The notes beneath the pieces are model-generated. The model had not been told where the DNA came from. It did no database searches and worked only from the letters and a program-made list of their open reading frames with translations. 64,000 bases of DNA, from NCBI GenBank assembly GCA_964424195.1, contig CAYRHT010000001.1, positions 70,102 through 134,101 of the forward strand, given 5' to 3'. Positions 8,719 to 17,689 of the stretch are shown piece after piece (positions within the stretch are counted from its first letter, which is position 1; each line of letters begins with the position of its first letter). Both the position numbers and the translations under genes were made by a program. The DNA comes from an uncultured Gammaproteobacteria bacterium (GTDB taxonomy: Bacteria > Patescibacteriota > Patescibacteriia > UBA1558 > S5-K13).

Positions 8719-10002
8719 TTAAGAAGTACATTTCTTCTTTAAGAAATCCATGACTTTTTTATTGAGTAATCCTAATCTTAAATGTTCTTTATATTGAGGT
8801 GATTCTAAATTTTTAATCATTTCGTTATCATTACCATACATTTGTTTAGCCATAGCTATTTCATCATCAATTTCTTTATCCTTAATCTCCATCTTTTCTT
8901 GATCAATAACAGCTTTCATGATTAAAGAAGATTCTAGTCTTTTCTGAGCTTGTTCTTTAAAATCTTTTTCCATATCTTCTACTTTTTTACCAAGTTGTTG
9001 GATATAGTCTTCAAATTTTAATCCTTGTCTTTCAATATTTTGTTTAAGTTCTTCAATCATCTTTTGAGTTTCAAGTTTAATTAAATCTTCAGAAAATTCT
9101 CCAATTTCAGAATCTTTAAGGATCTTATCAATAATTTCTATTTCAGTTTTTCGGTCTTCTCCTTTAGATTTTTCAGCTTCGTAATTCTTTTTAATTTTTT
9201 CTTTCAAGTCTTTCAAATCTTTAGCTGCTAATATTGTTTTAGCCCAAGTATCATTAACTTTTGGTAGAGTTCTCTTGTAAACAGCTTTAATCTCTATTTT
9301 AAAGTCTGCCTCTTTACTAGCCATTTGTTTGTTATGGTACTTTTCTGGGAATTTTAACTTAAATTCAACCTTTTCTCCTTTTTTCTTACCCATGATATTC
9401 TCTTCAAAGCCAGGAATCATATGCCCTTTACCAATTACTAAAGGATAATTAGCCTCTTTACCTCCTTCAATAGGAACATTCTCAATACTTACTGTAAAAT
9501 CAATATCAGTTTTGTCACCTTCTTCAATTTTCTTGTCTTCTAGAACTTCTTGAGCTTGGTTTTCTCTTAAAGTTTCAATAGCTTTGTTAATTTCATCCTC
9601 ACTAACTTTAACTTCTGCTTTTTTGACTTTAATTTTTTCTAAATCACAAAGTTTAATACTTGGGATTAAATTAACAGTAGCTTTAAAAATTAATGGATTT
9701 CCAATAGCCATTTTTTCAATGTCTACTTTAGGATGAGAAATTGGTTCTAGTTTTTCTTTAGTTACTGCTTCGAAATAGAAGTTAGTTAGGATAGAGTCTA
9801 AAGCTTGTTCAAAGATCTTCATTTCTCCAAATTTCTTTTTAACAATATCATAGGGAGCTTTTCCAGGTCTAAAACCTTGAATTTTAGCATCCTTAGACAT
9901 TTGTTCAGCTGTTTTCTCTAAGAAACTTTGATATTCTTTTTCTTCAACTTCAATACTTAACTCTACTTGATTTTTAGGTAATTCTTTTTTAGTAATTTTC
10001 AT
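8719..10002 (-). CDS. tig: Trigger factor
   Basis: N-terminal ribosome-binding region GFRPGKAP, PPIase middle, 427 aa. Confidence 0.9.
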   Translation of the reverse strand: MKITKKELPKNQVELSIEVEEKEYQSFLEKTAEQMSKDAKIQGFRPGKAPYDIVKKKFGEMKIFEQALDSILTNFYFEAVTKEKLEPISHPKVDIEKMAIGNPLIFKATVNLIPSIKLCDLEKIKVKKAEVKVSEDEINKAIETLRENQAQEVLEDKKIEEGDKTDIDFTVSIENVPIEGGKEANYPLVIGKGHMIPGFEENIMGKKKGEKVEFKLKFPEKYHNKQMASKEADFKIEIKAVYKRTLPKVNDTWAKTILAAKDLKDLKEKIKKNYEAEKSKGEDRKTEIEIIDKILKDSEIGEFSEDLIKLETQKMIEELKQNIERQGLKFEDYIQQLGKKVEDMEKDFKEQAQKRLESSLIMKAVIDQEKMEIKDKEIDDEIAMAKQMYGNDNEMIKNLESPQYKEHLRLGLLNKKVMDFLKKKCTS

Positions 10003-10154
10003 AATTTTTCATAATTTTTATTATTAAGTAGTCTCTAATTTATCATAAATAAAGCATTAAATCAATGGTTTGAAGATATTATTTATTAATACAGAACTTT
10101 AAAACTATTATAATGAAGGGAAAAATAATAAATATCAGACGTTTAGCTTAAATT

Positions 10155-10384
10155 GCGCAATTTGACACTTTTTTATATAAAAAATATAGACTATTATAAT
10201 ATTGCCTATTATAGAGAGTTTTACTAATTTTAATTACTGCGCAATTTGACATTTTATAAGAATACCTATATTATTTAGATAGGCATCTATTCGCGCAATT
10301 TGACACTTTTTTATATAAAAAATATAGACTATTATAATATTGCCTATTATAGAGAGTTTTACTAATTTTAATTACTGCGCAATT
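10155..10384 (+). promoter_or_regulatory. Tandemly duplicated 92-bp promoter/operator module (period 138 bp) upstream of the RelA/SpoT-domain gene
   Basis: Copy A 10155-10246 and copy B 10293-10384 are near-identical. Each contains TTGACA-17 nt-TATAGA followed by TATAAT. The palindromic motif (AATT)GCGCAATT occurs four times (10151, 10239, 10293, 10377), overlapping the -35 hexamers. Confidence 0.6.
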
Positions 10385-10404
10385 GAGTAATAAATTTAAA
10401 AAAT

Positions 10405-11469
10405 ATGAAAACAATAAATCCAAAAGAATTTTCAAAATCTAAGACAAACCTAGCTGGAGATCTTTTACGTAATAGTAAAACTTCAGAAGAAGAAAAATAT
10501 AAAGCTTTAACAGTTTTAAGTAATTGGCGAGCCTCTCATAGCTATCCAATGCATGTCTTTAAAAAAAGATTAAAACGAGTTTCCGAAAAGATAGATAAAA
10601 ATTCATTATCCGCTCAAAGATTAAAACGAGTCCCCTCAATCATTAAAAAGTTGAATAGGAGATATAAAAACAATAAAGCAACAATGAAGCTTACTCAAAT
10701 GCAGGATATAGCTGGTTGTAGAGTTATAATGTCTAATATCAAATTAGCACGTGAACTTTATGAAGAGTCTTATATTAAAGGAGATTTAAAACATAAAAAA
10801 GTAAATGAGAAAGATTATATTTCTAAGCCTAAAAATGACGGTTACAGAAGTATTCACTTAGTTTATAGGTATTTAAGTGATAAAGGAAAAAAAGAATATA
10901 ATGGATTATTAGTTGAAATACAAATTAGATCAAAATTACAACACATTTGGGCTACGGCAGTTGAAACGGTTGGTTTTTTTACAGGACAAGCAATAAAATC
11001 AAATGAAGGGGAAAAGGAATGGAATGATTTTTTTAAATTAGTAAGTTCAGCTTTTGCTAAAATGGAGAAATGTCCAATTATATTAGGAACGCCTGATGAT
11101 GAAAAAGAATTATATTCTCTTATAAAAGAAAAAGAAAGAGAATTAAATGTAATTACTAAAATGGAGAGTTGGACTGAATCCATGAAGTTTATTGATAATC
11201 TAAAAAATAAAAAAAATCATCATTTCTTTTTACTTGAATTAGATACTATTCAAGAAAAATTGACCATTTCTACATATTCAAAAAGGCAAGAAGAAAAAGC
11301 AATAAATGCTTATGCTAAAGCAGAAAAAAAAATTTACGGAAGAAAAGAGTATGATGTTGTTTTAGTTGGTGCAGATACTACATCAGACTTAAAAAAAGCA
11401 TATCCTAATTATTTTATGGATACTAAAGAATTTATTAATTATCTCAATAAGATTTTAAATAAATATTAA
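10405..11469 (+). CDS. RelA/SpoT-domain (alarmone synthetase fold) protein with an unknown C-terminal domain of about 160 aa
   Basis: Synthetase-domain motifs DIAGCRVI, GYRSIHLVY and EIQIRSKLQHIWA in the first ~190 aa. No HD hydrolase and no TGS/ACT domains. 354 aa. Confidence 0.75.
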   Translation: MKTINPKEFSKSKTNLAGDLLRNSKTSEEEKYKALTVLSNWRASHSYPMHVFKKRLKRVSEKIDKNSLSAQRLKRVPSIIKKLNRRYKNNKATMKLTQMQDIAGCRVIMSNIKLARELYEESYIKGDLKHKKVNEKDYISKPKNDGYRSIHLVYRYLSDKGKKEYNGLLVEIQIRSKLQHIWATAVETVGFFTGQAIKSNEGEKEWNDFFKLVSSAFAKMEKCPIILGTPDDEKELYSLIKEKERELNVITKMESWTESMKFIDNLKNKKNHHFFLLELDTIQEKLTISTYSKRQEEKAINAYAKAEKKIYGRKEYDVVLVGADTTSDLKKAYPNYFMDTKEFINYLNKILNKY

Positions 11470-11496
11470 CCAAAAAAACGCTTTGAATAAAGCGTT
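11470..11496 (-). terminator. Intrinsic terminator for the minus-strand repeat-protein gene; it also caps the plus-strand gene
   Basis: AACGCTTT-GAAT-AAAGCGTT perfect hairpin. On the minus strand it is followed by a T7 run. Confidence 0.55.
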
Positions 11497-11572
11497 CTGA
11501 GATGGAGCTCCTTAGTAGAGGACGTTAGAACTATTGTGATTGAAGAGAGGGTTGGTTTTGAGTTTTAGATGT

Positions 11573-13708
11573 CTATTTTTTAGGTAGTTCAATTTCCATT
11601 TCAACAATTTTCCATAAATCATTTTCTTTCTTAAAAAAAAGATTGTTTTTCCCTGCTTGATCTATTGTTACGTCTTCACCATCTAAAAAAACTTGAATTT
11701 CACCAACATAGCGAAAATTTGTATCTAGATAATCATAACCTTTTTCAGCTCCTATTAAAAATAATTCTATATCTCTGCCATCTAAATACTCTTCTAATTC
11801 TTCTCTAACTTTTTCAGGATTTTCTTTTAAGGATGCTTGATTTTTCCAAAATTCTTCTCCAACTGATTGATAGAATAATTCTATGTCTCTGTTATTTAGA
11901 GCATCGCTAATAGCTCGAGTAGCCTCTTCTAGCGTTTGATAAGAATTATTTGGGTAATTTGAATTTAATTTACCAGAACCAAGTGGATTGTAACCATTCT
12001 CTACTTCTTCCCCGTCTATATAACCATCACCATCTGAATCAGGATTATTAATATCTGTCCCATAGACAGCTTCATCAGTATCAGATAAGCCATCATTATC
12101 AGTATCTATTGTTACTGCTTCATTTTCAATTTTACTTAAATTTTCATTAGTAATGCCTAGAGATAAACTAGTGAATAAATCCATTAAATTATCCCAGGTC
12201 ACTTCATGTCGTTTACCATTCATATTTACATACCAGATTCGACCATGATCTTCAACTTGTAAAAATAGTTTTCCTAGGTGTTCTTTGCCAAAGTTGTTTA
12301 TTATATTATCGGTTGATAAAGATATTTTATTCAGATTTTCATTGGTAATACCAACAGCTAATCTTTCGAAAAGATTTAGAGCATTAGCAAAAGTAACTTC
12401 ATATTTCTTAGTATCACTAGGATTAACATACCAAACCCGACCATGATCTTCTACGGCTAACAATAATTTACCTTTTAGATCATTAGATAAAATAGTATCT
12501 ATTTCTCCAATTTCGGGTGTAGGTTCAATTTCTATTATTGGTAAATTTATTAGACTATTTATTGTAGATCCAAAATTTTCATCAATTGAGCCATCTGGGT
12601 TAAATTTTATAATAGGGCTTACTATTGGATAAATACTTTTATCATGAACAATACCTCCTCTTAAGACGGCTATTATTTTATCATTTGAGTGCATTTTTAG
12701 ATTATGAATTGCACCATATACATCAATTAGTTTTTCAGCATTAAAACTCTCATCGAGAGAACCATCAACATTTAATCTCACAATGCCAGCTTGTGGAATA
12801 TCATTATGTAAATCAAAAAACCCACCTATTAGTATTTTTCCATCTGATTGAATAGTTATTGTTTCAATCCATTTATTAGTTAGACTCACATTAAAACTTT
12901 CATCAAGAGAACCATCTGAGTTTAGTCTTATAATTTTACCATCACCCATTGAGCCAGTTCCACCAAGTATTATTTTTCCATCTGATTGAACATGTGGAAG
13001 ATAACTGAAATCTTCTGTTTCTTCATAATTAAAACTTTCATCAAGAGAACCATCTGAGTTTATTCTTATAATATAATTTTTAAAAGAATCTCTATCTATC
13101 CAGCTTACTATTATTTTTCCATCTAATTGAAAATATGGGAAACACGCCATACCATTATTTATTGTGGAGTTAAAATTTGTATCAAAGGAGCCATCTGAGT
13201 TTAATCTTGCAATACAATTTTCATCATTTGGACCAACAAAGAATCCGCCCACGATTATTTTTTCATCTGACTGAATATTTAATTTTGTTATAGCACCAGA
13301 AAATCCTTCTCTAGAATTAAAACTTGTGTCAATTGAACCATTTGAATTGAGTCTCACAATCTTACCATGCATATTTTCAATAGTATTATCTGGGCTATCA
13401 TCGACTGATAATAAAATTTTCCCACCTGGTAAAACTATTAGATCATTTACGGAATTAATATCTATACTTGGATTAAATTCTTTATCAAGTGATCCGTCTG
13501 AATTTAATCTCAAAATACCTTTTCGTGCTATATCATTGTATGAAGTAAAAGAACCTCCAACTATTATTTTTCCGTCTGATTGAATGTCCATGGCTTCAAC
13601 ATAATTATCTGCTCCAATTATATCTGTTTCAGCGAAAGATTTATTTATAAAACAAAAAGAAATGAAGATAAGTAATGTAAAAAGTAAAAATACTTTTATT
13701 TTTTTCAT
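11573..13708 (-). CDS. Secreted multi-repeat protein: delta-60-like beta-propeller repeats, a duplicated ~70-aa domain, DxDxDG calcium-loop repeats
   Basis: Signal peptide. At least seven repeats of ...QSDGKIIVGG...I(V/I)RLNSDGSLDESFN... Two copies of L(L/F)L(A/Q)VEDHGR(V/I)WYVN...GITNENL(N/S)KI. TDNDGLSDTDE/DSDGDGYIDGEE loops. Confidence 0.6.
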   Translation of the reverse strand: MKKIKVFLLFTLLIFISFCFINKSFAETDIIGADNYVEAMDIQSDGKIIVGGSFTSYNDIARKGILRLNSDGSLDKEFNPSIDINSVNDLIVLPGGKILLSVDDSPDNTIENMHGKIVRLNSNGSIDTSFNSREGFSGAITKLNIQSDEKIIVGGFFVGPNDENCIARLNSDGSFDTNFNSTINNGMACFPYFQLDGKIIVSWIDRDSFKNYIIRINSDGSLDESFNYEETEDFSYLPHVQSDGKIILGGTGSMGDGKIIRLNSDGSLDESFNVSLTNKWIETITIQSDGKILIGGFFDLHNDIPQAGIVRLNVDGSLDESFNAEKLIDVYGAIHNLKMHSNDKIIAVLRGGIVHDKSIYPIVSPIIKFNPDGSIDENFGSTINSLINLPIIEIEPTPEIGEIDTILSNDLKGKLLLAVEDHGRVWYVNPSDTKKYEVTFANALNLFERLAVGITNENLNKISLSTDNIINNFGKEHLGKLFLQVEDHGRIWYVNMNGKRHEVTWDNLMDLFTSLSLGITNENLSKIENEAVTIDTDNDGLSDTDEAVYGTDINNPDSDGDGYIDGEEVENGYNPLGSGKLNSNYPNNSYQTLEEATRAISDALNNRDIELFYQSVGEEFWKNQASLKENPEKVREELEEYLDGRDIELFLIGAEKGYDYLDTNFRYVGEIQVFLDGEDVTIDQAGKNNLFFKKENDLWKIVEMEIELPKK

Positions 13709-13783
13709 ATTTTATAATTATTTTTTATAGTTTAATTATAACACCTCATTAAAATTTAGAATAGTTCGATTCCATTTACGGGT

Positions 13784-13812
13784 AAACAAAAAAACGCCTT
13801 GAATAAAGCGTT
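13784..13812 (-). terminator. Intrinsic terminator downstream of tRNA-Trp
   Basis: AACGCCTT-GAAT-AAAGCGTT hairpin with a T-run on the minus strand. Near-identical to the 11470 terminator. Confidence 0.5.
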
Positions 13813-13818
13813 CTGGAG

Positions 13819-13894
13819 TGGAGCGGGTAGGGGGAATCGAACCCCCGTATTCAGCTTGGAAGGCTGACGTAATAAGCCACTATACTATACCCGC
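13819..13894 (-). tRNA. tRNA-Trp (anticodon CCA)
   Basis: Manual cloverleaf: acceptor GCGGGTA/TACCCGC, anticodon stem TCAGC/GCTGA with loop CTTCCAA, T-arm GGGGG-TTCGATT-CCCCC, CCA encoded. Confidence 0.85.
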
Positions 13895-13929
13895 ATCAAT
13901 ATTCATTTAATCATATTTTAAAGGTCGAG

Positions 13930-14418
13930 TCAATATTTCTTACTATACAATGTAGTCAAAGCAATTGCTAAAGCATCACTAGCATCATCTCTCTTAGGTG
14001 CTTTTTTTAAATTAAGAGTTAGCATTACCATTTCTTCAACTTGTTTTTTACTAGCTCTACCATAGGAAGTAATAGTTTGTTTAATTTGGAGAGGAGTAAA
14101 TTCTCGAATAGGAATATTGTTTTGACCCAAGGTCATGATAATAACTCCGCGAGCATGACCAACACTCATAGCTGTTTTAACATTCTTACAAAAGAAGAGT
14201 TGTTCTACTCCACAGATATTTGGTTTGTACTTTTTAATTAATTGAGTTAATTCTTCATTGATAATACCTAACCTTTTATTAAATTCAGTTTTAGCAGCTG
14301 TTTCAATACAACCACAGGCTATGAATTGAGGTTCTTTTTCTAGAGTAATAAAACCATATCCTAGGGTAGCTAAACCAGGATCTATTCCCATGATAATTTT
14401 CTTTTTAGAACTCGGCAT
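13930..14418 (-). CDS. ruvC: Holliday junction resolvase RuvC; the start is probably Met12 of the tracked ORF
   Basis: IIMGIDPGLATLGYGFI catalytic N-terminus. The tracked ORF start (14451) would overlap yebC by 47 nt, so the internal ATG at 14418 is more plausible. Confidence 0.85.
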   Translation of the reverse strand: MPSSKKKIIMGIDPGLATLGYGFITLEKEPQFIACGCIETAAKTEFNKRLGIINEELTQLIKKYKPNICGVEQLFFCKNVKTAMSVGHARGVIIMTLGQNNIPIREFTPLQIKQTITSYGRASKKQVEEMVMLTLNLKKAPKRDDASDALAIALTTLYSKKY

Positions 14419-15103
14419 TAGAGTAGAAGTTATGTATATCATCATTTTCATCTAAAGCTTCAAACAATCTTTCAACTTTAGCTGGATTTTCAGGTTTGAC
14501 TTTGTTTTTAGCTAAATATTCTAATTCAGCATTTTCTATTTCAAAATCTTTATTTAATTTTTCTTGAACTTTCTGTAAATCTTCCATAGCAGTTATAACT
14601 CTAATACTATCTTCCTGTTTTTGAATATCCTCAGCACCAGCATCAATAATTTCTAATTCTTGTTCGTCTGTTAAATTTTCAGACTTTAAATAGATAACCC
14701 CTTTGTGATCAAATTGCCAGATTACAGAACCACCTAAAGAACCACCATGTTTAGTTAAGAGATGTCTAACTTCTGAAGCTGATCTATTCTTATTATCAGT
14801 AACCACTTCAATAATTACAGCTGTTCCTTCTGGTCCATAGCCTTCATAGGTGATTTCTTCTAAAGCTTGTCCTTCACCAGTACCTGAACCCTTGGCAACG
14901 GCTCTTTCAATATTGTCTTTAGGGAGAGAAAGACTCTTAGCTTTATCAATCGCCATTCTTAATTTAAAGTTCATATCAGGATCAGCACCCTCTCGAGCAG
15001 CAATTGTTATTACTTTAGTTAATTTAGTAAAAAGAGATGACCTTTTAGAGTCTTTAATAGCTTTTTTATGTTTAGTTGTGGCCCATTTGGAATGTCCAGA
15101 CAT
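14405..15103 (-). CDS. YebC/PmpR-family transcriptional regulator
   Basis: MSGHSKWATTKHKKAIKDSKRSSLFTKL... canonical YebC N-terminus, 232 aa. The yebC-ruvC order is conserved in many bacteria. Confidence 0.9.
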   Translation of the reverse strand: MSGHSKWATTKHKKAIKDSKRSSLFTKLTKVITIAAREGADPDMNFKLRMAIDKAKSLSLPKDNIERAVAKGSGTGEGQALEEITYEGYGPEGTAVIIEVVTDNKNRSASEVRHLLTKHGGSLGGSVIWQFDHKGVIYLKSENLTDEQELEIIDAGAEDIQKQEDSIRVITAMEDLQKVQEKLNKDFEIENAELEYLAKNKVKPENPAKVERLFEALDENDDIHNFYSNAEF

Positions 15104-15207
15104 ATTTTTTTATTATATTTAATATATTATTAATATCTTAGCAGGAGAAGAGAAAATGAGCAATATATATGTTATAATTAGGTTAATAATTATTAAGGAT
15201 ATGTTTT

Positions 15208-16230
15208 ATGAATAAAAAAGATTTGAAAAAATTTGATAAGGGGCAAGTTTTGAAGACTTATCAAGACATGTCAAAACAATTTGAACAGATTTTTACTGAT
15301 TTTAAAAAAGTAAAATTACCAAATAGTTTTAAGGGAGTTGATAAGATACTAGTTTGTGGTATGGGTGGTTCTGCTTTGGGTCCAGATTTAGTACGAAGTG
15401 TTTTTCAAAAGAATCTATTGGTTCCAATTAGTATTGTTAATGATTACAATTTACCAAAATGGGTTGATCAAAAAACTTTAATAGTAATTTCTAGCTTTTC
15501 AGGGAATACTGAAGAAATAATTAGTTGTTATAAACAAGCTCAACAGAAAAAGCTAAAGATTTTTGTTATTGCTAGTGGTGGTGAATTAGAAAAAGTAAAT
15601 TCACCAAAGTTTATTTATAATGCTCAGTATAATTATGCTCAGAATCCACGTTTTGCAGTTGGTTATTCAATAGCTATCTTCATTTCTCTATTAAAAAGTT
15701 TAAAGTTGTTAGATTCTTGTGGAAAGAATATTAGAAAAGATATTAATTATTTTAATAAAGGACAAAAAGTTGCTGAAACTATTGCTAGCAAGATGAAAAA
15801 GAAGATTCCAGTATTAATAGCTTCCGAGCATCTCTTAGGCAATATGCATGTTTGGCAAAATCAAATTAATGAAACTGGTAAGAATTTTGCTAGTTATTTT
15901 GCTGTTCCAGAAATTTGTCATCATCAGTTTGAAGGTTTAAGTAATCCGATCAATTTAAACAAAAATATTATTTATATCCTAGTTAATTCTAGATTGTATC
16001 ATCCTCGTAATCAGAAGCGTTATCAAATCATGAAAGAAATTTTAAAGAAAAAGAAAATTAATTTTGTAGAAGTAAATTCATTGGGAGATAATGTTTGGAA
16101 GCAAAGTATGTATCTTCTAGGAATTTCTTCATATAGTGCTTTCTATCTAGCTTATTACAACAAAATAGATCCTCAACCAAATCCTTGGGTTGATTTTCTT
16201 AAAGAAAAGATGAAGATTAAAAAATATTGA
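15208..16230 (+). CDS. SIS-domain bifunctional phosphoglucose/phosphomannose isomerase-like protein
   Basis: ILVCGMGGSALGPDLV SIS motif, 340 aa. Confidence 0.65.
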   Translation: MNKKDLKKFDKGQVLKTYQDMSKQFEQIFTDFKKVKLPNSFKGVDKILVCGMGGSALGPDLVRSVFQKNLLVPISIVNDYNLPKWVDQKTLIVISSFSGNTEEIISCYKQAQQKKLKIFVIASGGELEKVNSPKFIYNAQYNYAQNPRFAVGYSIAIFISLLKSLKLLDSCGKNIRKDINYFNKGQKVAETIASKMKKKIPVLIASEHLLGNMHVWQNQINETGKNFASYFAVPEICHHQFEGLSNPINLNKNIIYILVNSRLYHPRNQKRYQIMKEILKKKKINFVEVNSLGDNVWKQSMYLLGISSYSAFYLAYYNKIDPQPNPWVDFLKEKMKIKKY

Positions 16231-16247
16231 ATTAGATTATTAAAATT

Positions 16248-16943
16248 ATGATATATATAGTAATCCCTACATACAATGAAAGAAATAATGTTGTAGCTTT
16301 GATTAGAAAGATATTAAGTCTTCATATTGAAGATTTGAATATTCTAATTGTTGATGATAATTCTCCAGATGGTACTGCGGAAGCAGTGGAAGAAATGAAA
16401 ATAGATTTAGTAGAAGTAATGAAAAGACCAAAGAAACTAGGACTAGGTAGTGCTTATGTTGCTGGTTTTAAACATGCTTTATCTAAGGGAGCTAATTTAA
16501 TTTTAGAAATGGATGCAGACTTTTCTCATCAACCATACAAAATTCCAGAACTTATAGATTGTGTTAAAAGTGGGAATGATATGTGTTTAGGGTCTCGGAG
16601 AATTAAGGGCGGAGGTATTATTGGTTGGAATTTAATTAGGAAAATAATGTCTGCTTCAGCTATGGAATTTTCTCGTTGGCTTTTAAAGCTAAAAACTAAA
16701 GATGTTACTGGCGGTTTTAGATGTTTTCATAAAAGAGTTTTTGAGAAAATTAATTTAGATGATATTAGAAGTAATGGCTATGCTTTTCAAGAAGAAATGG
16801 TTTACTTGTTAGAAAAAAATAATTTTAAAATTAAAGAAATACCAATCACTTTTGTAGATCGACAAAGAGGTAAATCTAAGTTAGGTTTAAAAGAAGTAAT
16901 TGCATTTTTTGTAAGTATTTTAAAATTAAAGTTTAAAATATAA
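16248..16943 (+). CDS. GT2 glycosyltransferase, dolichyl/polyprenyl-phosphate mannose synthase-like
   Basis: IVIPTYNERNN...VDDNSPDGT and the DAD motif (EMDADFSH), 231 aa. Confidence 0.8.
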   Translation: MIYIVIPTYNERNNVVALIRKILSLHIEDLNILIVDDNSPDGTAEAVEEMKIDLVEVMKRPKKLGLGSAYVAGFKHALSKGANLILEMDADFSHQPYKIPELIDCVKSGNDMCLGSRRIKGGGIIGWNLIRKIMSASAMEFSRWLLKLKTKDVTGGFRCFHKRVFEKINLDDIRSNGYAFQEEMVYLLEKNNFKIKEIPITFVDRQRGKSKLGLKEVIAFFVSILKLKFKI

Positions 16944-16963
16944 TTAAATAGTATTTATTCCTT

Positions 16964-16995
16964 AGTCAATACTTTAAAAGCATTGACTTTTTTTG
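16964..16995 (+). terminator. Intrinsic terminator after the GT2 gene
   Basis: AGTCAAT-loop-ATTGACT stem followed by T7. Confidence 0.45.
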
Positions 16996-17057
16996 TTAAT
17001 TATGATATGGTTTAATATTAAAATTAAGTAAGAAAATAATACCAATAGGAGGATATT

Positions 17058-17606
17058 ATGAAAAAAATAGTGGTTTTGATGGTAGTAATAGTGGTTTTGA
17101 TGGGATGTACGGTTACAAAAGTAGTTATTATTCGTGATGGTAAAAAGATTGATTATCATGAAGACAGAAGTGTCCCTCACAATGTTGGTTTCAGTTTTGA
17201 TTATTCTGGTTTTCGAGCTCGGCTTACTAGCGATAACGTTATAGTAGCTGATTCTTGGGGATTGCCAGTAAGACTGGATAGAAGAATCTCTTCTGGATAC
17301 AAGGTTGTTCTAGATAGTCTATATCAAGGTCATTATAGTATTGATGTAGAGTTTTTACCTATCGAACAATATGAAGAGTTATTGAGTTCGGAAAAAGAGA
17401 AATTAAAGGGAAAAATTGATTTTGAAGTAGGACCAGAAGGAGATATTATTTCATTCTACGGTCAAAAAGTACAAAAAGTACTTAAGATTGAAGATGCAAT
17501 ACTTCTTAAGAGTGTTAAACCTAATCGAATAATATCTTTAGAAGAGTTGAGTAATGATCATGAAATCTGGATGAGAAGAATGCGTAAAAAAGCAGGTTTT
17601 CCTTAA
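17058..17606 (+). CDS. Hypothetical lipoprotein
   Basis: Lipobox-like MKKIVVLMVVIVVLMGC, 182 aa, no known domain. Confidence 0.5.
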   Translation: MKKIVVLMVVIVVLMGCTVTKVVIIRDGKKIDYHEDRSVPHNVGFSFDYSGFRARLTSDNVIVADSWGLPVRLDRRISSGYKVVLDSLYQGHYSIDVEFLPIEQYEELLSSEKEKLKGKIDFEVGPEGDIISFYGQKVQKVLKIEDAILLKSVKPNRIISLEELSNDHEIWMRRMRKKAGFP

Positions 17607-17617
17607 TTTTCATTAAA

Positions 17618-17660
17618 ACAAAAAAGCTCTGGTGTGTTAAACATGTCAGAGCTTTTTAAA
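17618..17660. terminator. Bidirectional terminator hairpin between convergent genes
   Basis: AAAAGCTCTG-loop-CAGAGCTTTT with A/T runs on both sides. Confidence 0.5.
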
Positions 17661-17689
17661 TTAAATAATTTAATTAAGATATTTGTCTT

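Noticed and set aside
10155-10384. Possible CRISPR-like direct repeats
   Set aside because: Only two 92-bp copies, and they contain -35/-10 promoter hexamers and palindromic operator-like sites. There are no short regular repeat-spacer units and no cas genes. Interpreted as a duplicated promoter/operator module.
11497-11575. Second tRNA gene next to the 11470 terminator (because of the TGGAGC acceptor-like sequence)
   Set aside because: No T-loop (GTTCGAAT-type) or anticodon arm can be drawn. Only the acceptor-3' like nonamer is shared with tRNA-Trp. Treated as a relic, not a gene.
16974-17180. 68-aa minus-strand ORF
   Set aside because: It overlaps the terminator of the GT2 gene and the start and signal peptide of the plus-strand lipoprotein gene. 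Composition is low-complexity (N/H/Y/I-rich), so it is probably spurious.
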